From: a virus
Taxonomy: Duplodnaviria > Caudoviricetes
Virus record (IMG/VR): IMGVR_UViG_3300009671_000009
Location: 1 to 64,000 of that record
Length of the DNA: 64,000 nucleotides
Direction: 5' to 3' (one strand)
The notes beneath the pieces are model-generated. The model was not told the DNA's origin. It saw only the letters and a list, made by a program, of their open reading frames with translations, and made no database searches. Positions 10,131 to 20,399 of this stretch are shown here, one piece after another. Numbering within the stretch: the stretch's first letter is position 1; each line of letters starts with the position of its first letter. Position numbers and translations under genes: made by a program.

Positions 10131-11276
10131 ATGTCGGAACAAATCATGCTTGAGTACGGTACTTTTGTAGTAATCAGAGACAATCTGAAGTCTGCTAGAA
10201 CTGTGCTTGACTGCCTTGGTTCAATTGAGCAGATAATGGAAGTTAGAAAGCTTGACCAACTTCCACTCCGTGTTCGTACGCTCAAACAAGGCTTTACCTA
10301 CAGTTATGGTGAAGACCAGATTGTGCCGCTGACTCTTGAACAAGTTGCGGCAATTACCAAAGAGCATGAGGTAAATGCAAAGCATGCATTGAAAATGCTC
10401 AAGCAGATAGTTAAGGACTTTAAAGATGATGTCCTTATACCTGCTGAAAAACAAGGTATTTATCTCTCTGACGGAAAACTCTATACTGTTGACAATATCC
10501 CGTTCGAGAAAAGTACCTTTACAGAAGAGGAGCGTGAGTTATTGAAAAAGACTTACGAAGAAAGCCCCGAAAAGGCAGTTAAGCTCCTCGAAGAGCTTGA
10601 CAAGAAAGCCAATGAGGAAGTCAACCCAACCGCCTCTGAATGTATAGTAGTGGTAGCTGCTACCCCGAAGGCTGACCCTGCCCAGTGTGGAGTTAAATTT
10701 AACTGGGGAGACGATGAATCCTTCGAGCCGAAGAAGGCGGATATCGACTTCGAGAAACTGGCGAGAGAAGCTCGCGAACGTCGCGAGCGAGAAGCCGCTG
10801 CCGAACCAACGGAGAAACATCTTGGATTTACTGTGGAGGAGCAGAGCAAATCTTACCAACCACAGATTGCTCAGCGGACTCAGTCCACTGTTGTGGCTGA
10901 ACAACCGCCTATAGCTCCCGCTGACGACAATTTCGTCGAGCCGTACTTACGTGATGTTGGCGAAACTGGATACAAAATTATGTTGTATTCCAGGTTTGGG
11001 AATCAATCTCCCTCTGTGACTAAATGTAACTTCTTGGTGGTTCAACCCGACAAGAAAATTGTTACAAATAGTCATATCAACATTAGTAAGTATCCGCCGT
11101 ACAAAGATTACATCTCCGTAGTTAACGAGGACTCTTATCCGATAGCGGTTAAGATTGCCATTCGGAAAGCGGTTAGTGACCTTTACTACCAAAATGTTGG
11201 CTTGGTAAGGGTCGGAAATGGTGACGAGGCTAAGTTCCTCGCCCAAAGTCTTATCAAGGAGGCTGCCGTAAGGTAG
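10131..11276 (+). CDS. hypothetical protein (381 aa)
   Basis: long ORF, GGAGG RBS. Confidence 0.85.
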   Translation: MSEQIMLEYGTFVVIRDNLKSARTVLDCLGSIEQIMEVRKLDQLPLRVRTLKQGFTYSYGEDQIVPLTLEQVAAITKEHEVNAKHALKMLKQIVKDFKDDVLIPAEKQGIYLSDGKLYTVDNIPFEKSTFTEEERELLKKTYEESPEKAVKLLEELDKKANEEVNPTASECIVVVAATPKADPAQCGVKFNWGDDESFEPKKADIDFEKLAREARERREREAAAEPTEKHLGFTVEEQSKSYQPQIAQRTQSTVVAEQPPIAPADDNFVEPYLRDVGETGYKIMLYSRFGNQSPSVTKCNFLVVQPDKKIVTNSHINISKYPPYKDYISVVNEDSYPIAVKIAIRKAVSDLYYQNVGLVRVGNGDEAKFLAQSLIKEAAVR

Positions 11277-11895
11277 CCTCCCCCCTTCGGGGGTATAGCG
11301 TTGAAAGGTACTCTCCTTCTCGGATGAGGAGGAGATTTTATATAGAGGTGGAGCGATTTGCATGAGACATATGTTAAGTGCGATGTACTCTTTTTTTCCA
11401 CCAAATGTCACGAGACTTCAGTCTCGTTTTTTTGTATAAATAAGTTATCATTGAGGTGAGTGCTATGTCTGATGAACTAGAAGATATTATTGGACAAGGA
11501 TTTGTTACAGAGCGTTGTCCAGATGTTAAGCCTACTAAGGAGCACGATATCGCAGGCTGGCATGTTCCATCATGCCCTGAATGTTCAGGGAAGATAGCAT
11601 GTGACACTTGTCCAAAATTTACCTCTGGAGGTGCAAAGACATGAACTGTAAACGATGTGGTAACCCCATTCCTTTTGAAGCTCAAAAAAATAATCCTCGT
11701 CAGTGGTGCCCAGACTGCAACGGTTGCAGCGAATGTAATTACGAGCGTGTATGTCGTGAATATAATCAAAAGAACAACACCAACTTGTGTGTTGGACGCG
11801 CCATTGCCGAGGGCAACTCTGTTCTTGGCGACCATCTAATGCAAGAATGCACCTAAGATGAGTCCCACTTAATTTTAGAAGGGAGTGTATCGCCA

Positions 11896-12192
11896 TTGAG
11901 AATACGAAAATGGATAGCATGGCAAGTATTTAAGTTTATGTTATGGCTTGAATACCGACAGGAAATTCTGTTGATTGATAAAGCTTGGAAGAAAATCCGC
12001 AATCTAGGTGAATATAAGAACAACGAACTCAGGCAATCAACACTTAAAACAGTAGTAAGCGGTAAAAAAATTGCTGCTTTAATAATCTATTCCAAGCAAA
12101 AAACAGATGCTCGTAAACTACTTTATGAGCATGTTAATAAACTAGTTGCTAAAAAACAATCAGCGGAGGTAGATGCTCGTGTCGTGCACTAA
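11896..12192 (+). CDS. hypothetical protein
   Basis: ORF with GGGAG RBS. Confidence 0.55.
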   Translation: MRIRKWIAWQVFKFMLWLEYRQEILLIDKAWKKIRNLGEYKNNELRQSTLKTVVSGKKIAALIIYSKQKTDARKLLYEHVNKLVAKKQSAEVDARVVH

Positions 12193-12376
12193 CCAATTCA
12201 AAGCTACTTGCCCCGTTTGCGGAAAAGAGCACAACGTCAAATGTTTTAACAACATGTGTAAGCGCTGCATGGAATGTGAAACTGGTATTTCGCTTTGCAA
12301 GAAATGTAAAGCAGTCCAAGCCTCTAAGGTAAGCTAGAATAGCTTACCTTATTTTATGAGGAGGTGAAGTCATGAA

Positions 12377-12634
12377 ATGGACAAGATAGTTAATGTTGTT
12401 AAAGCCTATCTGCATGTCATTATTACATGGCTCAAAATCAATTTCACTTCAGACGGCGCACGAGATGCAATTATATTCTCTTCTCTTATTATCATAGTCG
12501 GCCTAATTTTGGGCGCAATATATTTTCTCCTGGCAGTACTAGGAGTAACCAAACCTGGGTTGTTATTAGTGATAATAATAGGCCTGTTTGTACTGATGTG
12601 GTATCGATTTAGCCAGCAGGACGGTGACCTATGA
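12377..12634 (+). CDS. small membrane protein
   Basis: two hydrophobic helices; GAGGAGG RBS. Confidence 0.65.
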   Translation: MDKIVNVVKAYLHVIITWLKINFTSDGARDAIIFSSLIIIVGLILGAIYFLLAVLGVTKPGLLLVIIIGLFVLMWYRFSQQDGDL

Positions 12635-13037
12635 TGAGTACCAAAGAAAAGTTTTTGGCTTCATAGGTGTATTACTGATAGTTACTTTGGCTTTCGCTAT
12701 AACACTCTTTATTGAAGGGCGTATCGAAGAAACCACAGTAGCTTCTGAACCCACCGCCGCCCAAGTGAATACACAAGAAGGTTGTATAATTATCCTTCTC
12801 GATGCATTCCACAAAACCGTTCATTGGTGGGATGTGCCCGCTTCAGTCTGTGAAGGCGATGAAACAGTAACCGCTAAGTGGAGCGACAGTTCGTCACCAT
12901 GGAGATATTGCAACTTCATTGCCAAAGGAGTCAACGATACTTTAATTGTTGACGATTATGAAACAGCGGGAGAGCGTGAACAAGTTATAACGGAGTTTGA
13001 ACTACACAATGTTCCCTTTTCGATTAGGAACAAATGA
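12624..13037 (+). CDS. membrane-anchored hypothetical protein
   Basis: N-terminal hydrophobic helix. Confidence 0.6.
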   Translation: MTYDEYQRKVFGFIGVLLIVTLAFAITLFIEGRIEETTVASEPTAAQVNTQEGCIIILLDAFHKTVHWWDVPASVCEGDETVTAKWSDSSSPWRYCNFIAKGVNDTLIVDDYETAGEREQVITEFELHNVPFSIRNK

Positions 13038-13099
13038 GGGGAGCTCAGTCTCCCCTTCTTCTACACAAATATTACCTGTTAAGGATAGGAGGAATTCTC

Positions 13100-13564
13100 A
13101 TGTTTAACAATAGCACAGCAGCAGGTCAGACTGTTGACCAAATGCGAGACGAAGTTAACAAGCAGATTAAGAATGTTGGTGAGAAGTTCCATGCCATGGT
13201 TACCAATGGCACATTACAGCGGGGAGTTAAGAATGCAGCCTATAAAACGACTCTAGGCCTTGGGGCCATAGGCGGAGCAGGATTAATATCCAGTGCCATA
13301 TCAACTGGCAGCGTAGGTGTTGTTATGGGTCTTACTGGCCTCGAAGCTTTACTTCACAAAGCATGGGAAAAATTCGCAACCAGGTATAGTCACAACAACA
13401 CTATACTATTCGTTCTCGAAGAGTTAGTACTAATAGAAAAAACTCTTCAAGAGAAAGGCCGTTCTCTTAAAGACCTCGAGCTAAACGAAGTCAGAGTACT
13501 CCATGATATGGTTGCTCCGATTGCGGAGGAAGCACAGCGCAAAAAGATTGACAGATATAAATAA
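13100..13564 (+). CDS. hypothetical protein with Gly-rich hydrophobic segment
   Basis: AGGAGG RBS before ATG 13100. Confidence 0.7.
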   Translation: MFNNSTAAGQTVDQMRDEVNKQIKNVGEKFHAMVTNGTLQRGVKNAAYKTTLGLGAIGGAGLISSAISTGSVGVVMGLTGLEALLHKAWEKFATRYSHNNTILFVLEELVLIEKTLQEKGRSLKDLELNEVRVLHDMVAPIAEEAQRKKIDRYK

Positions 13565-13849
13565 GGAGGCTTCTCTGATGTTCGAGAAATTAAAGAAATT
13601 ATTGAGGCGCAACTGGGATATTGCTATTATTCCAAATAGCACACTATTCTCATCTGAGATTGGAAATCCTGTCCGCATGAGAATTATTCGTCGAGGTTGG
13701 GTCATTATTAGAGTATTCAAAGACAAGAGTCTTCTTAATCTTGTTGACCCAAAACCGATACGCTTTATATTCGGACAATAACTGTAACGGGACGGGACAT
13801 TAAGTTCCCGTCTTTTTTATAGAACAAATCACTGAAGGAGTGAGCCATT

Positions 13850-14320
13850 ATGAAACATGTAGTTATCTACTGTGACGGTGCATGCCCAGGCAATCCTGGC
13901 CCTGGTGCTGTTGCTTACAGGATTAAAGTAGACGGTGAGATTAAGATTGAACAAGTTCATCCTTTTCCCGAGACTACTACCAATCAACGAATGGAGCTTA
14001 CAGCAGCAATTGAAAGTTTAATCGAAGCATCCAACATGGACGAGAAATCTGAATCCATAACTGTGTATTCCGATAGCCACTACTTGGTTGAGGGAATGAA
14101 CAGTTGGATTGCAACCTGGATGAAAAACGGGTGGAGAAATTCTAAAAAGAAACCCATTGAGAACCAGGATTTATGGCTTAAGCTTAAGCTGTTATCTTCT
14201 CAATTCAAGATCGACTGGATTGAAACCCGCGGTCATGCCGACGACAAAAATAATAACTTTGTCGATGAATTGGCGCGTGACACCGCACAAGGTCTCAAGC
14301 TAATTAATTCGCCAATTTAA
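13850..14320 (+). CDS. rnhA: ribonuclease HI
   Basis: YCDGACPGNPGPG, TTNQRMEL, YSDSHY, GHAD...NNFVDELA. Confidence 0.92.
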   Translation: MKHVVIYCDGACPGNPGPGAVAYRIKVDGEIKIEQVHPFPETTTNQRMELTAAIESLIEASNMDEKSESITVYSDSHYLVEGMNSWIATWMKNGWRNSKKKPIENQDLWLKLKLLSSQFKIDWIETRGHADDKNNNFVDELARDTAQGLKLINSPI

Positions 14321-15015
14321 ATTGCCTCCTTTCCTTTCTAGGCTGCGAGAAATCGCAGCCATTTTTATGAGGTGAATCAAATGGTTAAGAAAATAAGACG
14401 GCGTATCCGTAGATTCTTAAAACGCACTGGTCTCAAATATTACTTGTATTATATTGATGTTAAAATAAGAAGAGCCCTGTGGAGGATAAAAATGTTTATT
14501 AAAGGCTCCAAATAATATACTATCTATCGCCACAGTCGCAATATTATGTCAAAAATGATTATACTGATAACGAAGTACTAATTCTCGCTTAGCATCTAGT
14601 AAGGAAAAATATCAATTTTACGAGATAGGTTTCCTGCTATAGCAGGGCTTTTATAATTTTTGGACTCCTGAATGCCTCTTTATTTTAGACTAACAAATGG
14701 TCACTATTGAGGCATTTCTAAATACTTTGTACTCATTAGCATCTTATTTCAATGATTTGCACAATCAAATTAATAAAATTTTGGAGGTGCTACGTTGAGA
14801 CCAAGAAACTTATTGAAAAACTGGAGTATCATGAGTGCCTTACTGATACTATAATCATCCAGCTAGACTCTGCTACTGGTACTATGAGAGGCATTCTTGA
14901 TGAGCTTCAGACACAAGAACAACTTGTACGGATGAGGCGGAACCACTAGTATTCAGGCGAGTCCTTGCTCTGGTACTTGCCTTTTACATAGATAGTTTTC
15001 TCAAGGTGGTACAAC

Positions 15016-15213
15016 ATGAACTCAAATGTTATTTGGGCACTTTTTGGTTGTCTTGTAGGAAGTACATTGATAACCTATGTACCCGCAGGATACCAAAAGC
15101 TCGTATCAGTGTTAAGCGGATTAGTGATAGGGATGATTATTGTTATGATAGTAGTATTTGACTACCATTCCTATAATGAAACCACCCGCAACACAATACG
15201 AGGAATCAGGTAA
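15016..15213 (+). CDS. small membrane protein
   Basis: two hydrophobic segments; RBS. Confidence 0.55.
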   Translation: MNSNVIWALFGCLVGSTLITYVPAGYQKLVSVLSGLVIGMIIVMIVVFDYHSYNETTRNTIRGIR

Positions 15214-15287
15214 GGGAACTGTTGATGACAACGGTTCCCTTACTGTATTTGCAAATCGCGCAAGTAAATACAGAGGGAGTGACTTAA

Positions 15288-15596
15288 ATGGCTAAAAACA
15301 AGACACAAGCTAAAGACGTCCGTGTAGTAGAACATGTGTATAACGATCCGTTTACCATGGTTAGGGTTGAACACGACGTTGTTGTCGGCTTCAAAGCTGG
15401 CAAGGTGGATTTTCCGCCGCTGCAAGCCACGGTGACAGGCGTTGGTATGTCCAAGCGTAACGAAGATGATGGCGACATCCCGAATCGTAAAGAAGGATAC
15501 AAACGAGCTTATGCTCGCGCTATCAAGGACATGAAGAAAAATAAGCTTCATTTATTTATGGAAGTAGCCGACAAAGCTGAGCTTGTAATGTCATAA
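15288..15596 (+). CDS. hypothetical protein
   Basis: GAGGGAG RBS; downstream hairpin terminator. Confidence 0.7.
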   Translation: MAKNKTQAKDVRVVEHVYNDPFTMVRVEHDVVVGFKAGKVDFPPLQATVTGVGMSKRNEDDGDIPNRKEGYKRAYARAIKDMKKNKLHLFMEVADKAELVMS

Positions 15597-15770
15597 TAGC
15601 TTCATCTTAGTCGTACCAAAGGAAGGCTCCAGATAGGGCTTTCCTGTTTTTTTGGAGACACTGTCGGACATCAGTTTAGACGTTGTCGGACAAATATAAT
15701 CAATCTGTTGGTACTGTAAGGATTGTGACCATTTGTTAGACACTGGGCTACAATGTCACACAATTACCTT

Positions 15771-15900
15771 TATTGCTTGGTAGGGCTAGGCCGCAACCTA
15801 AGCTGAACGATCAAAGCCGACTATACACTTGCCCGAGAGGTTAAACAACTCTAGTGAGAGTTGGCGAGTTCTGAATCTGAGGGTCGGATTCTAAGCAATA
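15771..15900 (+). ncRNA. candidate structured ncRNA
   Basis: terminal stem TATTGCTTGG/CTAAGCAATA enclosing hairpins CAACTCT/AGAGTTG and GAATCTGA/TCGGATTC; no ORF. Confidence 0.45.
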
Positions 15901-15907
15901 CAAAATA

Positions 15908-16168
15908 ATGAGGAGGAACAACAGTATGATGTATTTGATTGATTGTCAACACAATCGAATCGAACCTGTAACAAAAGTATCAGTTGTAGACAACACATTG
16001 CATGTTAAGACAGAATCGCAAGAAGAAGCTATAGTGTATGATACCCATAGCAAAGCGCTTGATGACTTTGATAAAATCACCGACACCATAGTTTCCAACG
16101 GTACTGCTGCCTTTATTAAAGACCTTGGTATTATCAACATTCGTTGTACCAGGGGCTTTAGAGGATAA
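15908..16168 (+). CDS. hypothetical protein (start probably about 15926)
   Basis: GAGGAGG RBS. Confidence 0.6.
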   Translation: MRRNNSMMYLIDCQHNRIEPVTKVSVVDNTLHVKTESQEEAIVYDTHSKALDDFDKITDTIVSNGTAAFIKDLGIINIRCTRGFRG

Positions 16169-16354
16169 ACTTCCCCTCTCTAATTGGCTGTACTCAAGTA
16201 CAGCCTTTTTTAATGCTGCTAGGAGGTGATTGAGGTTGCACAAATATTCGAGGCTTTTAGACAAAGCAATTATTGCAGTAGATAATTTTATGATTGACTT
16301 AGAGTGTATTGTTAGATACATTATAAGTGCAATCTTTAGAAGGGAGCTGTAAAA

Positions 16355-16414
16355 ATGATTGTATTCTTTACAGGCCACAGACCAGACAAAATGAGCGGTT
16401 ATCATGTGTTATAA
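16355..16414 (+). pseudogene. truncated YspA/SLOG-like (DUF1273) N-terminus
   Basis: MIVFFTGHRPDKM then stop after 19 codons. Confidence 0.55.
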
Positions 16415-16433
16415 TCTGTGAGGAGGAATTGTT

Positions 16434-16778
16434 ATGCCGCTACAAGTATACACAACAGTTATCAGAAGAGGAAATCCTGCTTGTGAGAACATATATTTTA
16501 TGAACATTACAGTAAAGAGCGGAAATACAGCTTTTGCGCCAACTTGGCCCATGGTGATGGGCATTAAGAATGGCACTATGACTGAAGCCGAATACTCGCG
16601 CAGATATAGCAATATTATGCAGTTAAGCCAAGAACAAAACCCACAGTTATGGAAAGATCTGCTGAACAGAGAAAAAGCAATCCTTGCTTGCTTTTGTAAA
16701 CCTGGTGAGTTTTGCCATAGAATTTTACTTGCTAAAATTCTTGAGCAAATGGGAGCTCAATACGTCGGTGAAATATGA
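16434..16778 (+). CDS. DUF488-like protein
   Basis: FAPTW...CFC...FCHR motifs. Confidence 0.65.
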   Translation: MPLQVYTTVIRRGNPACENIYFMNITVKSGNTAFAPTWPMVMGIKNGTMTEAEYSRRYSNIMQLSQEQNPQLWKDLLNREKAILACFCKPGEFCHRILLAKILEQMGAQYVGEI

Positions 16779-16880
16779 ATATGGAAAGCTTTTGCAAGGC
16801 CACAGAAACTCATTTTAGTAAGAAATAGGCGGGTAATCCCCGCCTATTTTTGCTACAACAGAGAGAAGAGGAGGATTTTA

Positions 16881-17315
16881 ATGAAACTCACTCAAGGACT
16901 ATTGCCCGCTTCTAAAGTCAAAGATGGGCCTGACAATCCTATCACGAGTTCTCCTTACGACAACGGAGGAGCCGAATTTGGGACGTGGTGCTTCTGGCAT
17001 CCTTGGCATGCTCTAAATCTGAAGAAGTTCAATATCCGTCCAGTTAAAAAATGTAGTCATGGCGTACAATGTTGCCATAAGTTTACTCCAGATGAATGTA
17101 ACCGAATAGTAGATTATTTAAAAAGCTACACACCGATTAAGAAACCCGACAAACGATTCAAGAAAGGCTATCGGGAATACTTTAAAGACTCAATTCCTTG
17201 TAAAGATTTCACGGGACAAACCGATAGAGTTTTACTGACCCCGTATATTTACAATCGTCTGATCGAGTTATTCTCCAACACAGAAGATCCACCTATTTAT
17301 TATTGGGCAGACTAA
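16881..17315 (+). CDS. hypothetical protein
   Basis: GAGGAGG RBS. Confidence 0.7.
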   Translation: MKLTQGLLPASKVKDGPDNPITSSPYDNGGAEFGTWCFWHPWHALNLKKFNIRPVKKCSHGVQCCHKFTPDECNRIVDYLKSYTPIKKPDKRFKKGYREYFKDSIPCKDFTGQTDRVLLTPYIYNRLIELFSNTEDPPIYYWAD

Positions 17316-17360
17316 AAGAAGGTGAGAGACTTTGGATATAAAAGCGGTTTTGTAATTAAT

Positions 17361-17391
17361 AAAAAGCCAGGATTATTCGTCCTGGCTTTTT
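17361..17391 (+). terminator. intrinsic terminator (possibly bidirectional)
   Basis: AAAAAGCCAGGA/TCCTGGCTTTTT. Confidence 0.75.
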
Positions 17392-17425
17392 ATTTGATAC
17401 AAAACTACAGAGGAGGATAGTAATC

Positions 17426-17914
17426 GTGAAACAGATAATTGATAACTTTGAAGAGGAACCTTTTAAGTTCATGTCGAACTTCTTTTACAGTCCTTATCGG
17501 CATAACGACACTTGCTTTAACTACGTCGAAAACGGCTTTCAGTCTGAAAAGAACCCTGAAAAATTACGCAATCTTTTATCTGTCTATCCTGTAGACGAAA
17601 AAGGAAATCCTCTTACTCCGCTAGGGCCTGGAAAGGCTAAACGCGAAGGTCGCCGATGTAAACTATTCAGTAAAGCCGAATGGGATGCTAAAAAAGATGC
17701 CGTCATGCTTGAACATGTACGGCTAAAATTTCAGCATAATCCCGATTTAGCTAAGAAACTCATTGCCACAGGAGATGCCCTTCTTGTAGAAGGCAATACT
17801 TGGCATGATAATTACTGGGGCGACTGTCATTGCGAGGAATGCAAAAATATTCCTGGCCGTAACCAACTAGGCAAAATTTTGATGTTTGTCCGTGAGGAGC
17901 TGATGAAGAAATGA
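17426..17914 (+). CDS. NADAR family (YbiA-like) protein
   Basis: FMSNFF, KFQHNPDL..KLIATG..LVEGNTWHDNYWG, GRNQLGKILM. Confidence 0.9.
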   Translation: MKQIIDNFEEEPFKFMSNFFYSPYRHNDTCFNYVENGFQSEKNPEKLRNLLSVYPVDEKGNPLTPLGPGKAKREGRRCKLFSKAEWDAKKDAVMLEHVRLKFQHNPDLAKKLIATGDALLVEGNTWHDNYWGDCHCEECKNIPGRNQLGKILMFVREELMKK

Positions 17915-18067
17915 AAAAGATTGATATATGGCATCCATATACTTTTGCTATGACATTTATTATTCTTATGAAACAACACAATCCTGCAGCTGACCTCAAG
18001 GCATTAGGAATAAGCCTTGCAATAGCTGCTTTGCTTTGCACTATTATTTTTAAGGAGGAGTAAGAAA

Positions 18068-18790
18068 ATGCCTTTCATTACAGATTTATCTGATCCAGTA
18101 TTTCATCCAAAAAAAGTCGTGGATGCAATTAATTCTGGCGAAAAGGGGATTCTCATTACCAAAGACCCAAGCCAATTACATGAAATTCTGATGGACTCAG
18201 TCAAAGACAAATCTCTGCTTGACAACATACTGGTAGAGGCTACTATAACTGGGCTTGGTGGAACAATCTGGGAACCACATGTTCCCGATTATGAGGATGC
18301 CATGGGAGGTATTGGTGCTCTTCAGGTTGAAGGCATCAAAACCGTATTACGTTATGATCCAATAATTCCTGAAGTTAACTCATCAGCTACAGCGATAAAT
18401 AAAGTTTTGCAACTTGCCAGTTCTTTGGGTATACGTCAAGTTACAGCTTCTGTAATTGATATGTATCGTCATGCAGCTGAAAGAATTCAGGCCGAAGGGA
18501 TAACTCTTCCGTTCAAAAACTTTACCTACGAACGCTGTAATGAGTTAATCCAAGTATTTTGTGTGTTAGCTCAGAGAGCTAACATGGAAACTCGTATATG
18601 CTGTGAACATGGATGGTCTAATGGAAGCTTTGGCTGTGACTGGCCAGAGCTACTATTCACTAAAGAAGAGCTTCTTGCGCTTCCCAGGTCAGCTGCCCGT
18701 CAGGGGTGTAACTGTCCAAAATACAGACAACTACTTACTTATGCTGATAAGTGTTTCCACAACTGCCTCTACTGCTATAGGAAGACTTAA
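18068..18790 (+). CDS. DUF1848-like (radical-SAM-related) protein
   Basis: RYDPII; C-terminal CNC...CFHNCLYCY. Confidence 0.7.
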   Translation: MPFITDLSDPVFHPKKVVDAINSGEKGILITKDPSQLHEILMDSVKDKSLLDNILVEATITGLGGTIWEPHVPDYEDAMGGIGALQVEGIKTVLRYDPIIPEVNSSATAINKVLQLASSLGIRQVTASVIDMYRHAAERIQAEGITLPFKNFTYERCNELIQVFCVLAQRANMETRICCEHGWSNGSFGCDWPELLFTKEELLALPRSAARQGCNCPKYRQLLTYADKCFHNCLYCYRKT

Positions 18791-18837
18791 TGGGAAGCTC
18801 TCCCATGAGATTCAACAACAAAGGAAGGGGGACGAAC

Positions 18838-19277
18838 ATGGGAAAGTAACAATTTACTCAGACGGAGCTTGCAGCGGCAACCCTGGCCCTGGTGGCTGGG
18901 GTGCCGTTATATACTACAAAGGAACATACCGCGAAGCCAATGGATTTATCAGTTACACGACAAACCAGAAGGCTGAATTAACTGCAATAATCGAAGCATT
19001 CAAGCTCATTCCTCTTAGGTCTAAAGTTGAGGTGTATACTGATTCCTTGTATGTTATCAATGGAACTAATCGCCTTGATATATGGATTATGTTCAACTGG
19101 AGGAATTTTAACGCAAAACCTATACAGAACAAACTGATGTGGTCTGCTCTTTATGAGGTAATCAAAGATCACGAAGTAAAGTGGTTTCATGTTAAAGGTC
19201 ATGCCGACAACAACCTGAACAACAGGGCAGATGAGCTAGCTAGACTAGCAATATCTAGGGAGGTATCTGTGATATGA
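18838..19277 (+). CDS. rnhA: second ribonuclease HI; ATG is out of frame (candidate -1 frameshift at G GGA AAG, or a lesion)
   Basis: YSDGACSGNPGPGG, TTNQKAEL, YTDS, KGHADN..NNRADELA; RBS precedes ATG GGA AAG TAA. Confidence 0.8.
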
Positions 19278-19693
19278 AAATGAATTTTTCACTTAAAGTC
19301 ACAAGTTTTGGTATCAAGAACGGTGACAATGTCGCTACGGTACTTGCCGATACTGTCAAAGTTACATCCAATGGTGTCATTGTTTCTCACTTCAAAGGTG
19401 ACTGTACTTCAGTTTGTGAATACAATCCCAATACTGTGACGCTTAACCGAGATCAAATGACTGTCCATGATAAGAACGGCAAACCACTGACCTTTATTAT
19501 TAAGCCTGTTGATGGCAAATCACTCATTGAAGCTCTCTTTGAGATAGCTTTATTGACAGGCTTTAACATGGTTATGGAAAATGTTCCAAAATGTGAGTTC
19601 ATAATTATGGAAGACTGCTCAAGTCCATTTTCACTTGGTTCTGAAAAACTTGTGGATATCTTGGAAAAAATTTCTCAAAATTTTTCACAATGA
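19274..19693 (+). CDS. hypothetical protein
   Basis: GGAGG RBS, ATGA overlap. Confidence 0.65.
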   Translation: MKMNFSLKVTSFGIKNGDNVATVLADTVKVTSNGVIVSHFKGDCTSVCEYNPNTVTLNRDQMTVHDKNGKPLTFIIKPVDGKSLIEALFEIALLTGFNMVMENVPKCEFIIMEDCSSPFSLGSEKLVDILEKISQNFSQ

Positions 19694-19999
19694 CTCATAT
19701 GTTAGTCACATACTTCTATCTATAGAAGATAGATTCTTCTACGTAAGTTCAACAGAAGTTAAATGGTAAATATCATCATCTAACTAAAGTCTAGTAACTT
19801 GACTACGTAGTCATATATGTAGGTGGAGGTGTTACTTAATGAGTTACCAATCTCGTGCTGGCGATAAAACCCGTGACAAGGCTAGCCGCAGGAGTAAAAC
19901 TCAAAAGGAAGCTGGCAAACGTATGGCTAAGTCTTTTAAACGCGAAGCCGAACGCCAGGCACGAATGTACACTATGTTCTACCGTTAGGAGGTGCTGAC

Positions 20000-20299
20000 A
20001 TGTGCACCCAACTCAATGACCACTGTGCAGTATGTTTTAAAGGGTATAACCCCAATGTTCCAACGTCTAAGAGGTTTTATGGTAACCAATTAGATAGGAT
20101 CGCCGTGCGAGATCGCGAATGTTGCACTATGTGCGATCCATTGCCAAAGGAAAAGCTACCCGAGGGCTTGGAAGAAGGTACTACTGCTTTTCAAGTGAAG
20201 GAACACCTTTACACCCAAGGCTTAGATCTCCATAATCCTTGCGGTTTATGTGGCAAACGAGACCGCTGTGGACTTCAAGTTAAAAAAGGTTATACTTAA
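20000..20299 (+). CDS. Cys-rich hypothetical protein
   Basis: AGGAGG RBS. Confidence 0.65.
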   Translation: MCTQLNDHCAVCFKGYNPNVPTSKRFYGNQLDRIAVRDRECCTMCDPLPKEKLPEGLEEGTTAFQVKEHLYTQGLDLHNPCGLCGKRDRCGLQVKKGYT

Positions 20300-20328
20300 T
20301 TGACACGTATTGCATAATGTGGTATAAA
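20300..20328 (+). promoter_or_regulatory. sigma-A/70 promoter
   Basis: TTGACA-17-TATAAA with extended TG. Confidence 0.7.
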
Positions 20329-20399
20329 TCAAGCCTGTGTTGAAAAACAATGCAGGCTTTTTATTTTTGGTGAATTTACTAAAAAGGAGTGAGAGTAAG

